Part shown: one piece after another, positions 19,899 to 28,346 of the stretch | Layout of the letters: every line of letters starts with the position of its first letter | Numbering within the stretch: position 1 is the first letter of the stretch | NCBI GenBank assembly: GCA_009774255.1 | Contig: VSNK01000002.1 | Span: 14,143-78,142 of the forward strand | DNA from: Faecalicatena sp. | GTDB taxonomy: Bacteria > Bacillota > Clostridia > Lachnospirales > Lachnospiraceae | DNA length: 64,000 nt | Direction of reading: 5' to 3' | Made by a program: the position numbers and the translations under genes | The notes under the pieces: generated by a model | Databases searched by the model: none | Told to the model about the DNA's origin: nothing | The model's input: the letters and a program-made list of their open reading frames with translations, nothing else

Positions 19899-20867
19899 AT
19901 GAAACCTAAAATCGGAGTGATCGTCTGCGGCTTTATCGAAAATAAACAGTTTGTTACAAATGCATATATCCAGTCCGTCCGATATTCCGGAGGAATCCCT
20001 TTAGTTCTCCCACTCGTCCGCTCTGACCAGGTGATCAGCGAATATGTTCTGCTCTGCGACGGTTTCCTGTTCTGCGGGGGAAATGATATCACACCTCTGC
20101 TGTTTGGGCAGGAACCGCAAAAAGGAAACGGACAGACCAACATCTCTCTCGACCTGTTTCAAATCCGTCTCATGAAGGAGGTTTTGAAAACAGAAAAACC
20201 GGTGCTTTCCATCTGCCGCGGAATGCAGGTATTTAACGTGGCCTGCGGAGGCACGATTTACCAGGATATCTCCCTTAGGCCCGGAAAACATCTTGACCAC
20301 ATGCAGCAATCCGGATCACGGAGCGAAGTCAGCCACAAGGTGCATATCAAGTCAGGGACCCTGCTGAAAAAATGCGTAGGAAGCGTCCTGTACGTAAACA
20401 GCTATCACCACCAGACCCTGGACAAAATCGGGAAAAAACTGATCGTCTCCGCCACCGCTTCCGACCAGACCGCGGAAGCAGTGGAAATGCCCTCCCATCC
20501 CTTTGCCATCGGTGTACAGTGGCATCCCGAATGTATGTACCGCACTTCTGCGGAAATGCGGGAACTGTTCGGCCATTTTATCTTATCCGCGGCACAAGGC
20601 AAAAGCGCTGCCGACGAAAAAAAATTAATAAATCTCATATCAATAAATATAATAAAAAAAAAAATTCTCATGTCAGAATTATCAGTACTCGACTTGCAGA
20701 ACCTAAGCAATCTGATCAACAGCTATGATACTACACACAGTAAAATGACAGATTATGCAGCCCAGGCAGAAGACCCGGAACTCAGACAGATTTTCCGGGA
20801 TACCGCAGACTCTGCCCTAAAAAACAGACAGGAACTGATACATTTTTTAGCAGCCGCACATAAATGA
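19899..20867 (+). CDS. Peptidase C26 / PuuD-like glutamine amidotransferase, reading in frame into a small spore-coat-like module (second ATG at 20670)
   Basis: SICRGMQVFNVACGGTIYQD, VNSYHHQ, GVQWHPE; start at MKPKIG (SD AGGAGG); A-rich linker, then MSELSVLDLQNL...ELIHFL. Confidence 0.8.
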   Translation: MKPKIGVIVCGFIENKQFVTNAYIQSVRYSGGIPLVLPLVRSDQVISEYVLLCDGFLFCGGNDITPLLFGQEPQKGNGQTNISLDLFQIRLMKEVLKTEKPVLSICRGMQVFNVACGGTIYQDISLRPGKHLDHMQQSGSRSEVSHKVHIKSGTLLKKCVGSVLYVNSYHHQTLDKIGKKLIVSATASDQTAEAVEMPSHPFAIGVQWHPECMYRTSAEMRELFGHFILSAAQGKSAADEKKLINLISINIIKKKILMSELSVLDLQNLSNLINSYDTTHSKMTDYAAQAEDPELRQIFRDTADSALKNRQELIHFLAAAHK

Positions 20868-20888
20868 GGTAAAGAACTATCGGTTCCT

Positions 20889-21051
20889 GAGCATTCTCGG
20901 AAACTCTTTTTATCCAGATTTGTGAGATGATTTTTTGTCAGGTGCACACAAATTTATGAGGCGTACGTGGAACGTACATTGATTAAATTTGGGTGCTCCT
21001 GGCGGAAAATCAGCCGCAAAGATGGGTGCAAGGGAGTTTCCGAGAGTGCAC
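20889..21051. mobile_element. Type F long-hairpin MITE-like element
   Basis: TIR GAGCATTCTCGGAAACTC / GAGTTTCCGAGAGTGCAC; 5-bp TSD TTCCT (20884-20888, 21052-21056); the whole element is an imperfect palindrome. Confidence 0.75.
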
Positions 21052-21074
21052 TTCCTTAGTAAGAGGTGACACAC

Positions 21075-21326
21075 ATGAATGAAAAAACAATGGTTTCCGA
21101 TGCCCTGGCCGGGGTGAACGGCGAGCTGAGAATGTACGCCGATATGATACCGCAGACAGAGAACAGCGAATTAAGACAATGTCTGCGTCAGATGCGAAGT
21201 CAATGCGAGCTCTCTCAGGAAAAGCTATATCTGACCGCCCGTGAAAAGCATTATTACATTCCTTCGTCCAGGGCCACGAAGGAGGAAATCGAGCAGGTAA
21301 AATCTACCCTGTCCACTCATTCATGA
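21075..21326 (+). CDS. Spore coat protein, Coat F-like
   Basis: MNEKTMVSDAL...TENSELRQ.L...YY.P pattern of Coat F-type small proteins; SD GAGGTG. Confidence 0.75.
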   Translation: MNEKTMVSDALAGVNGELRMYADMIPQTENSELRQCLRQMRSQCELSQEKLYLTAREKHYYIPSSRATKEEIEQVKSTLSTHS

Positions 21327-21346
21327 GGGGAATTGGGGACTCGGGC

Positions 21347-21378
21347 AGCTTCTCCTGTTTCCTGAGCAGGAGAAGCTA
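21347..21378. terminator. Hairpin between convergent coat and AAA genes
   Basis: AGCTTCTCCTG...CAGGAGAAGCT. Confidence 0.6.
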
Positions 21379-21404
21379 AGGATCCGTCTGTTTTTGTTTT
21401 TCTG

Positions 21405-23105
21405 CTACAACGTTCTCCCTATCATCACTTTCTTACCACAAAATGCAAATCCATATTTCCGGATTCGGTCTTCCGACACACCTTTTGTCTCCAGCATAGA
21501 AGCATACTGCTTCTCCTCTATCTGCAAAAGTGCCGCATCAACCGTATCCGCAAGCTCCTTTTCTTCTTCCGTATCCTGTACCTTAAACTCCATGATAATC
21601 CCAAAATCGTTCACACTTCTTGGCTCCAATAGCACATCATACCTTCCAAATCCACTCTCCCGATTTGATGTAATGATATATCGTTTTTCTAAAGTAACCA
21701 TCAATCCTAAGACAAAGCCGTGGTAAAAACGCTCTGGCTCGCTTTCTTCAGATGGCCTCTTGCCACTGTCAAAATAACTGAACATTACTTTTGACACACG
21801 GTTCATATAGGCATTCATTGCCTTTAAATCATCTTTAAGAAGCGCCTCGATAAAATCATTATAGCTGGATGCAGAAGAAGAAAACCACCCCCGCACAATA
21901 CTGCGGAACATAATCATCGTCTCAAAATTGGTAATCTCCAGTTCATATACTTCTTTCCATTCCATGTATTCCAACTGTTGTACCTTATAATTCTTCACTT
22001 TAAGATATCCGCTTGCCAAAAAAAGACTCCAAACCGCATTTTCATCCAAATCCAACTGATCATAAACAATCTGCTCCTCAATTTCAGCTTCTATGCTCTC
22101 CCCGGCCAGCAATTGCCTGAACGTTTCTTTCATCTGTTTGCCTCCTTGCCGGATTAATTTACCTATAAGGCTATTACTGCTTGTATTCGCCCAGTAAGTG
22201 CCGACACGACGTTCTGACAAATAACTAATAATAGACCACGGATTATAAATATCTTTGATACCGCCAAATATGAAGCCGTCATACCATTTCTTTACTTCCT
22301 CTTTCTTGTCTGACATAGCGTATTCATCCAAAGCTTCAAACACTTCTTCTTCTGTAAATCCAAAGGAATCCCCATATAGAGAGGAAGTTGTTGTTACTAC
22401 TTTCAAATTATTTAGATCTGAAAAAACAGATTCTTTACTTACTCTGGTAATTCCTGTCAAAATCGCCCGTTCAAGATATGGATTCCCCTTGAATGTTGCA
22501 TGAAACAGACTACGGGTAAACACCATCAATTCTTCCCAGTATCCATCTATATAGGCTTCTTGCATAGGTGTGTCATATTCATCCAAAAGAATGATTACCT
22601 TTTTTCCATAATAACGACATAGGTAATCCGATATTCTTCTAAGAGATATTGTTATCTCCGAATCCCGCATATCAATAGATACCCTGCGGTAATACGCTTT
22701 CTCATTTTCTTCCAGCAAGTCTCCTTTTGCAAGAAATGCATACTTGTTATACAAATCTACAATGGTCTGGCATATTTTTATCCTTGCTTCTTCATAAGAC
22801 GTATCCTTCACATCCGCAAAACTCAATGAGATGACAGGATAAGTTCCCTGCAGGCTGCGATATTTCTCCTCTTTCCAAATATTTAACCCCTCAAACAGCG
22901 GACTGCCTGCATGGTCTGCCGAAAAAAAATGCTCCACCATACTCATTGTCAGAGTCTTCCCGAACCGGCGAGGGCGCGTAATCAGCGTCACATCATCCAT
23001 AGATTCCCACCACTCTTTGATAAATATGGTTTTATCTATATAGAAAACTCTACGTGTAATTATTTTTTCAAAATCCTGAATTCCAATTCCTACCGTTCTT
23101 GACAT
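21405..23105 (-). CDS. AAA-ATPase-like protein with C-terminal PD-(D/E)XK nuclease domain
   Basis: YIDKT, TRPRRFGKTL, LLDEYDTP, YNPWS; C-terminal ERFYHG...SNRESGFGRYD...IMEFK; visibly AT-richer than its neighbours. Confidence 0.88.
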   Translation of the reverse strand: MSRTVGIGIQDFEKIITRRVFYIDKTIFIKEWWESMDDVTLITRPRRFGKTLTMSMVEHFFSADHAGSPLFEGLNIWKEEKYRSLQGTYPVISLSFADVKDTSYEEARIKICQTIVDLYNKYAFLAKGDLLEENEKAYYRRVSIDMRDSEITISLRRISDYLCRYYGKKVIILLDEYDTPMQEAYIDGYWEELMVFTRSLFHATFKGNPYLERAILTGITRVSKESVFSDLNNLKVVTTTSSLYGDSFGFTEEEVFEALDEYAMSDKKEEVKKWYDGFIFGGIKDIYNPWSIISYLSERRVGTYWANTSSNSLIGKLIRQGGKQMKETFRQLLAGESIEAEIEEQIVYDQLDLDENAVWSLFLASGYLKVKNYKVQQLEYMEWKEVYELEITNFETMIMFRSIVRGWFSSSASSYNDFIEALLKDDLKAMNAYMNRVSKVMFSYFDSGKRPSEESEPERFYHGFVLGLMVTLEKRYIITSNRESGFGRYDVLLEPRSVNDFGIIMEFKVQDTEEEKELADTVDAALLQIEEKQYASMLETKGVSEDRIRKYGFAFCGKKVMIGRTL

Positions 23106-23213
23106 ATTGTCTCCTCTTTCTGCGAATACCTCAATCTCCTTTTATCATTATATTCTGCTTTTATTAAAATCACAACTCAAATTAAAATGACCTCATAGAA
23201 AAGAGATCTTCCT

Positions 23214-23361
23214 GTTACTGTTCACACGGTGCCTTGCACTCAGCTGCAAGGCATCCGGCCAATACAGTAATGGGGCAGGCATCCAGCCCCTCGCCGTTAG
23301 GCGACTTTTCAATGGGCTAGATGCGTTACAGTTCACGGCCTAACTGGCCGCGAACTGTAAC
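23214..23361. mobile_element. Type A structured MITE-like element inserted in a terminator-like hairpin downstream of purL
   Basis: TIR GTTACTGTTCAC/GCGAACTGTAAC; 8-bp TSD ATCTTCCT at 23206-23213 and 23362-23369. Confidence 0.9.
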
Positions 23362-23402
23362 ATCTTCCTCTCTATAAGGTCATTAAAACTTAATCTATCT
23401 TA

Positions 23403-23606
23403 GGAACTGTGCAAAAATAATCTTACCATTTTACTTGTCCAAATCTTCATACACTGCGTTGGTCTACACTCCGTTTCGGTCCGCGCTAAACGTGTGTCGC
23501 TGGCACACAGCGCCGTCAATCGACGTACCCCGGTACGCCTCATTCCTCCGCCTTGTGTCTGAAAATTTGTTCTGCGTAAAAAGGCAAGTTATTTTTGCAC
23601 AGCTCC
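23403..23606. mobile_element. Type D MITE-like element at the purL stop codon
   Basis: 19-bp TIR GGAACTGTGCAAAAATAAT / GTTATTTTTGCACAGCTCC; TTA on both sides; 103-bp core identical to 47432-47534. Confidence 0.9.
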
Positions 23607-26600
23607 TTACAGGAAATACTTCACTCCGGATTCAAAGATCTTCAGATCCTGTTCCCCATAAATATTAATCGCAACGGATCTGTCCCGGCGCTCGGAATGT
23701 GCCATCTTTCCGAACACCCTTCCGTCCGGGCTCGTGATTCCCTCGATTGCCCTGTAAGAGCCGTTGATGTTCCACTCCTCATCCATGCTGATTCTTCCTT
23801 CCGGATCACAGTACTGCGTCGCCACCTGGCCGTTTTGAAATAATGTTTCCAGCCATTCCTCATTTGCCACGAACCGGCCTTCTCCATGGGAAGCCGGATT
23901 GGTGTACACGCCGCCAAGCTGCGCCTGCGCAAGCCAGGGAGACTTATTGCTCACGACCTTGGTATAGACCATTTTCGAAATATGACGGCCGATTGTATTA
24001 TACGTCAAAGTCGGAGAGTCTTCCGTCTGCCCCGCGATCTTTCCGCAGGGCACCAGCCCCAGCTTGACCAGCGCCTGGAAGCCATTGCAGATTCCCAGTA
24101 CGAGCCCGTCCCGCTCCTGCAGAAGCTTCTCTACTGCTTCCCTGATCTTCGCGTTCATGAACGCCGTAGCAAAGAATTTTGCGGAGCCGTCAGGCTCATC
24201 CCCCGCGCTGAATCCGCCCGGGAACATGATCATCTGTGCCTGACCGATGGCCTTTTCGAACTCTTCCACAGATTCCCGGATTCCTTGTTCGTCCAGATTC
24301 CGGAACACTCTTGTGATCACTTTCGCGCCGGAGCGCTCAAAGGCATTCCTGCTGTCATACTCACAGTTGGTCCCCGGAAATACCGGGATAAATACCGTAG
24401 GCTGCCCGATCTTATGGCTGCATACATGAACCTCAGAAGCACCGTCATACAGTCTTTCCTCTAGTATCTCCTCACCGGAGGCCTCTGATTTCGTCGCAAA
24501 TACCGGTTCCAGCGGCCTTGTCCATGCCCCGGTGGCCTCTTCCAGGGAAATCTCCGTATTTCCATAGGAAAATACCTTCCCATCCGTCACCTCTCCGATC
24601 ACCGTATAGGTAATCTGAAGAGAGCCGACTTGATCTGCCGGTACCTCAGCAATCAGATCGCCGAACGCCGGAGCAAAGGCATCTCTTGGATCCAGGTTAT
24701 GCTCGATCTTCACGCCCATCTGATTTCCAAATGCCATTTTGCTGACAGCCGCAAGGATTCCATGACGGTCAGCCGCATAGGCAGACACGATCCTTCCGCC
24801 GCGGATATCCTCCGTAAATTTCCCATACTGCTCCATCACCTTTTCGTAGACCGGCAGGTCATAGCCGTCTCTCTCGATCCGCAGCCATATCAGCTTATTT
24901 CCAGCTTTTTTGAGCTCCGGTGTGATGATCTCCTTTTCCACAGCCATGTCCACCGCAAAGGAAACCAGAGTAGGCGGCACATCAATGTCCTGGAAGGTGC
25001 CGGACATGCTGTCCTTTCCTCCGATGGACGGCAGCCCGAAACCAAGCTGTGCGTCATACGCGCCGAGAAGAGCCGCGAAAGGCTGGCTCCATCTCTTCGG
25101 TTCCCCGGTCATCCGGCGGAAATATTCCTGGAAGGTAAAGCGGATCTTCCGATAGTCCCCGCCGCAGGCTACGATCTTGGCGATGGACTCCGTCACCGCA
25201 TAGATGGCGCCATGATAAGGGCTCCAACTGGACAGATAGGGATCAAATCCATAGCTCATCATGGATACACTGTCTGTCGTCCCGTTCTGTACCGGAACCT
25301 TTGCCACCATAGCCTGGGTTTCTGTCATTTGATATTTTCCGCCGTGGGGCATGAATACTGATCCCGCGCCGATGGAGCCGTCGAACATCTCCACCAGCCC
25401 CTTCTGGGAGCACACATTCAGGTCAGACAGCATGGACAGCCATTTTTCTCTGACATCCGCCACTTCTTCCCGCACAAAGAGAGAGTCTTCCCGCCCTGGG
25501 ATCTCCACTTCCACATCCGTCTCCTGGTGCGCCCCGTTGGTATCCAGAAATGCCCGTGAGATATTCACGATTTCTTTTCCTCTCCAGATCAGGACAAGGC
25601 GGGGATTCTCCGTCACCACAGCGACCTCGGTAGCTTCCAGATTTTCCTCCCTGGCATAATCCAGGAACTGTCCTACGTCTTTTGGGTCCACCACAACCGC
25701 CATACGCTCCTGGGACTCCGATATGGCAATCTCCGTCCCGTCCAGGCCGGCATATTTTTTCGGCACCTTATCCAGGTCTACACGGAGCCCTTCCGCCAGT
25801 TCTCCGATCGCCACGGACACACCGCCGGCGCCAAAGTCATTGCACTTCTTGATCAGACGGCTGACTTCCTCTCTGCGGAACAGGCGCTGGATCTTACGTT
25901 CCGTAGGCGGATTACCCTTCTGCACCTCCGCGCCGCATGTTTCAATGGATTCCTCCGTGTGCACCTTGGAGGAACCGGTGGCACCGCCGCAGCCATCCCG
26001 CCCGGTACGGCCGCCCAAAAGGATAATGATATCTCCCGGATCCGATGTCTCCCGAATAACCGCACGCCTGGGCGCCGCCCCCAGAACAGCACCGATCTCC
26101 ATACGCTTGGCTACATAATTGGGATGATAGATTTCTTTTACCGTACCTGTCGCAAGGCCAATCTGATTTCCATAAGAGCTGTATCCCTTTGCCGCCCCGC
26201 GGACCAGCTTTTTCTGAGGAAGCTTCCCTTTAAGAGTATCCTTGACGGACACCGTTGGATCCGCCGCTCCGGTCACACGCATGGCCTGGTACACATAAGT
26301 CCTCCCCGAAAGCGGATCCCGGATGGCTCCTCCCAGACAGGTAGCAGCCCCGCCGAAAGGCTCGATCTCCGTAGGATGGTTGTGAGTCTCATTCTTAAAA
26401 TTAATGAGCCACTCTTCTTCCACCCCGTCTACCCGGATCGGAACAACGATACTGCAGGCATTGATCTCGTCGGACTCTTCCTGATCCTTAAGCTTCCCTT
26501 CCTTTTTCAGCTTCCGCATGGCCATCAGGGCCAAATCCATCAGGCAGACGAACTTGTCCGGCCTGCCCTCAAAAATCTCGCTGTGATCCTTCAAATACTG

Positions 26601-27365
26601 CTGATACGTATTCTCAATGGGTTCCCTGTAATCCCCATCGCCGAAAGTAACATTCTTCAACTCCGTAGAAAATGTGGTATGACGGCAGTGGTCGGACCAA
26701 TAGGTATCCAGCACCCGGATCTCCGTCATGGACGGATCCCGATGCTCTTCCCCATGAAAATACTTCTGAATATGCAGAAAGTCCTTAAAAGTCATTGCCA
26801 GTCCCAGAGAATCATATAATGCCTTTAATGCTTCCTCCGGCATATCCTGAAATCCGTCAAATATCTTCACATCCTTTGGCTCTTCAAATACCGCTACCAG
26901 CGTATCCGGCTTTTCAAGCCCGGTCTCCCTGGAATCTACCGGATTGATGCAGTGGCTCTTGATGACCGCAAATTCCTCTTCTGTCACCGTCCCCTCAATT
27001 ACATAGGTGGTCGCGGTCCGGATGACAGGCTTTTCATCTTCCTTGATAAACTGAATACACTGCTCCGCAGAATCCGCCCTCTGGTCGAACTGGCCCGGAA
27101 GATATTCTACGGAAAAAATCCTGTCTCCCTCCTGTACCGGAACCTCCTCCCGATAAAGAATATCTACCGGGGGTTCTGCAAATACACCGTTACATGCTTT
27201 CTCGAATGACTCCTCGGAAACATTTTCCACATCATATCGGATCAGCACCCGCACTCCTGTCACTGTCCCGATTCCGAGATAATGCCTGATCTCATGCCTC
27301 AGCTCCTTCGCCTGCACGGCAAAGTCCGCCTTTTTCTCCACATATACGCGTTTTACATTACCCAT
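23607..27365 (-). CDS. purL: Phosphoribosylformylglycinamidine synthase (large fused form)
   Basis: WSDHCRH, ETHNHPTEIEPFGGAAT, GGKDSMSG, PGGFSAGD, GICNGFQ, SHGEG, MAHSER. Confidence 0.97.
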   Translation of the reverse strand: MGNVKRVYVEKKADFAVQAKELRHEIRHYLGIGTVTGVRVLIRYDVENVSEESFEKACNGVFAEPPVDILYREEVPVQEGDRIFSVEYLPGQFDQRADSAEQCIQFIKEDEKPVIRTATTYVIEGTVTEEEFAVIKSHCINPVDSRETGLEKPDTLVAVFEEPKDVKIFDGFQDMPEEALKALYDSLGLAMTFKDFLHIQKYFHGEEHRDPSMTEIRVLDTYWSDHCRHTTFSTELKNVTFGDGDYREPIENTYQQYLKDHSEIFEGRPDKFVCLMDLALMAMRKLKKEGKLKDQEESDEINACSIVVPIRVDGVEEEWLINFKNETHNHPTEIEPFGGAATCLGGAIRDPLSGRTYVYQAMRVTGAADPTVSVKDTLKGKLPQKKLVRGAAKGYSSYGNQIGLATGTVKEIYHPNYVAKRMEIGAVLGAAPRRAVIRETSDPGDIIILLGGRTGRDGCGGATGSSKVHTEESIETCGAEVQKGNPPTERKIQRLFRREEVSRLIKKCNDFGAGGVSVAIGELAEGLRVDLDKVPKKYAGLDGTEIAISESQERMAVVVDPKDVGQFLDYAREENLEATEVAVVTENPRLVLIWRGKEIVNISRAFLDTNGAHQETDVEVEIPGREDSLFVREEVADVREKWLSMLSDLNVCSQKGLVEMFDGSIGAGSVFMPHGGKYQMTETQAMVAKVPVQNGTTDSVSMMSYGFDPYLSSWSPYHGAIYAVTESIAKIVACGGDYRKIRFTFQEYFRRMTGEPKRWSQPFAALLGAYDAQLGFGLPSIGGKDSMSGTFQDIDVPPTLVSFAVDMAVEKEIITPELKKAGNKLIWLRIERDGYDLPVYEKVMEQYGKFTEDIRGGRIVSAYAADRHGILAAVSKMAFGNQMGVKIEHNLDPRDAFAPAFGDLIAEVPADQVGSLQITYTVIGEVTDGKVFSYGNTEISLEEATGAWTRPLEPVFATKSEASGEEILEERLYDGASEVHVCSHKIGQPTVFIPVFPGTNCEYDSRNAFERSGAKVITRVFRNLDEQGIRESVEEFEKAIGQAQMIMFPGGFSAGDEPDGSAKFFATAFMNAKIREAVEKLLQERDGLVLGICNGFQALVKLGLVPCGKIAGQTEDSPTLTYNTIGRHISKMVYTKVVSNKSPWLAQAQLGGVYTNPASHGEGRFVANEEWLETLFQNGQVATQYCDPEGRISMDEEWNINGSYRAIEGITSPDGRVFGKMAHSERRDRSVAINIYGEQDLKIFESGVKYFL

Positions 27366-27408
27366 ATCAGTTCTCCTCCTTCTTTTTTAGGAAATCATCC
27401 GAGAGTTT

Positions 27409-27556
27409 GTTACAGTTCACGGCCTAACCGGCCGCGAACTGTAACGCATCCAGCCCATTGAAAAGTCGCCTAACGGCGAGGGGCTGGATGCCTGCCCCAT
27501 CACTTTTCTGGCGGCTAACCGTGCAGCGAGTGCACGGTTAGGCCGTGAACAGTAAC
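27409..27556. mobile_element. Type A structured MITE-like element (opposite orientation) upstream of purL
   Basis: GTTACAGTTCAC...GTGAACAGTAAC; 8-bp TSD GAGAGTTT at 27401-27408 and 27557-27564. Confidence 0.9.
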
Positions 27557-27565
27557 GAGAGTTTT

Positions 27566-28288
27566 CTATATTACCTGTCCGTCAGGCCCCACGCTGCCTT
27601 CCGCTTTTTTGTTTACGATAGTATATACGATGCTGAGGATCAGCAGAATACCCAGCCCCGCAAGAAAGAATCCTCCGATCCGGATCACCATGTCAAAAAA
27701 CAATCCTTCCGGCAGCATTCGGATCATATAATCCTCCGCCGGGTCAAAGATCCACAGATCATTGTCAAAAAAGATTTCATGAAATTTCGTAAATACCGCA
27801 TTAAAATTCGTCGCCATCGCAGAGCCCAGAATCAGAATCATTGCGGTCAGGACTCCCATCGTCACCTGATAACTCCTGGAAAGGATCCTCCACAGTTCCT
27901 GCCTGCGGATCACCAGCAGCAGTACAAGAGAGACAGCCAGCACAAAAGCCGCCCCTCTCCTGAGGGCAAGCCCGCCCAGGAAAAGCACCTGTACGTCCTT
28001 CATATGAAGCCGGTCCTGCTCGTTAAAGAAATCCTGCTCCACACCTTCTACCGTGGTAACTACGCTTAAGCTCTCCCTGTCGCCTTTCAAGTATGCCATC
28101 ATCTCTCTGGTCACGTACATTGCGTCATCCATATCCATATCCAGCTCCCGGAGTACTTTGTACTTTGTATATTCCCTCTGGTACACGCCAAAATCCAGAT
28201 ACATCGCCGCCTGAAAACTGCTGATCAGCAAAATGACCACCATGGCAAGAGATGCTGCTCCGCCTAGAATCCACCGCAATCCTTTCAT
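27566..28288 (-). CDS. lit: TIGR01906/DUF1461 membrane protein, likely lipoprotein intramolecular transacylase (Lit)
   Basis: Four hydrophobic segments with HMKDV and FTKFHEIFFDNDLWIFDP..D.MIRMLP motifs; start MKGLRW (SD GAGGAG). Confidence 0.7.
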   Translation of the reverse strand: MKGLRWILGGAASLAMVVILLISSFQAAMYLDFGVYQREYTKYKVLRELDMDMDDAMYVTREMMAYLKGDRESLSVVTTVEGVEQDFFNEQDRLHMKDVQVLFLGGLALRRGAAFVLAVSLVLLLVIRRQELWRILSRSYQVTMGVLTAMILILGSAMATNFNAVFTKFHEIFFDNDLWIFDPAEDYMIRMLPEGLFFDMVIRIGGFFLAGLGILLILSIVYTIVNKKAEGSVGPDGQVI

Positions 28289-28346
28289 TTCTCTCCTCTT
28301 TTTCAAAAGTATAACCTGCCCTACTGCTGTCTTTGCTCTATTATAA

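Noticed and set aside
20600..20867. A-rich stretch as a diversity-generating retroelement template
   Set aside because: No reverse transcriptase and no matching variable repeat in the window.
27545..28069. ORFs starting in or crossing the repeat elements (27545 MNSN..., 29780, 40893, 60975, 17222, 23435)
   Set aside because: They arise from element sequence (e.g. GTG of GTGAACAGTAAC) or overlap real genes; frames are not kept between copies.
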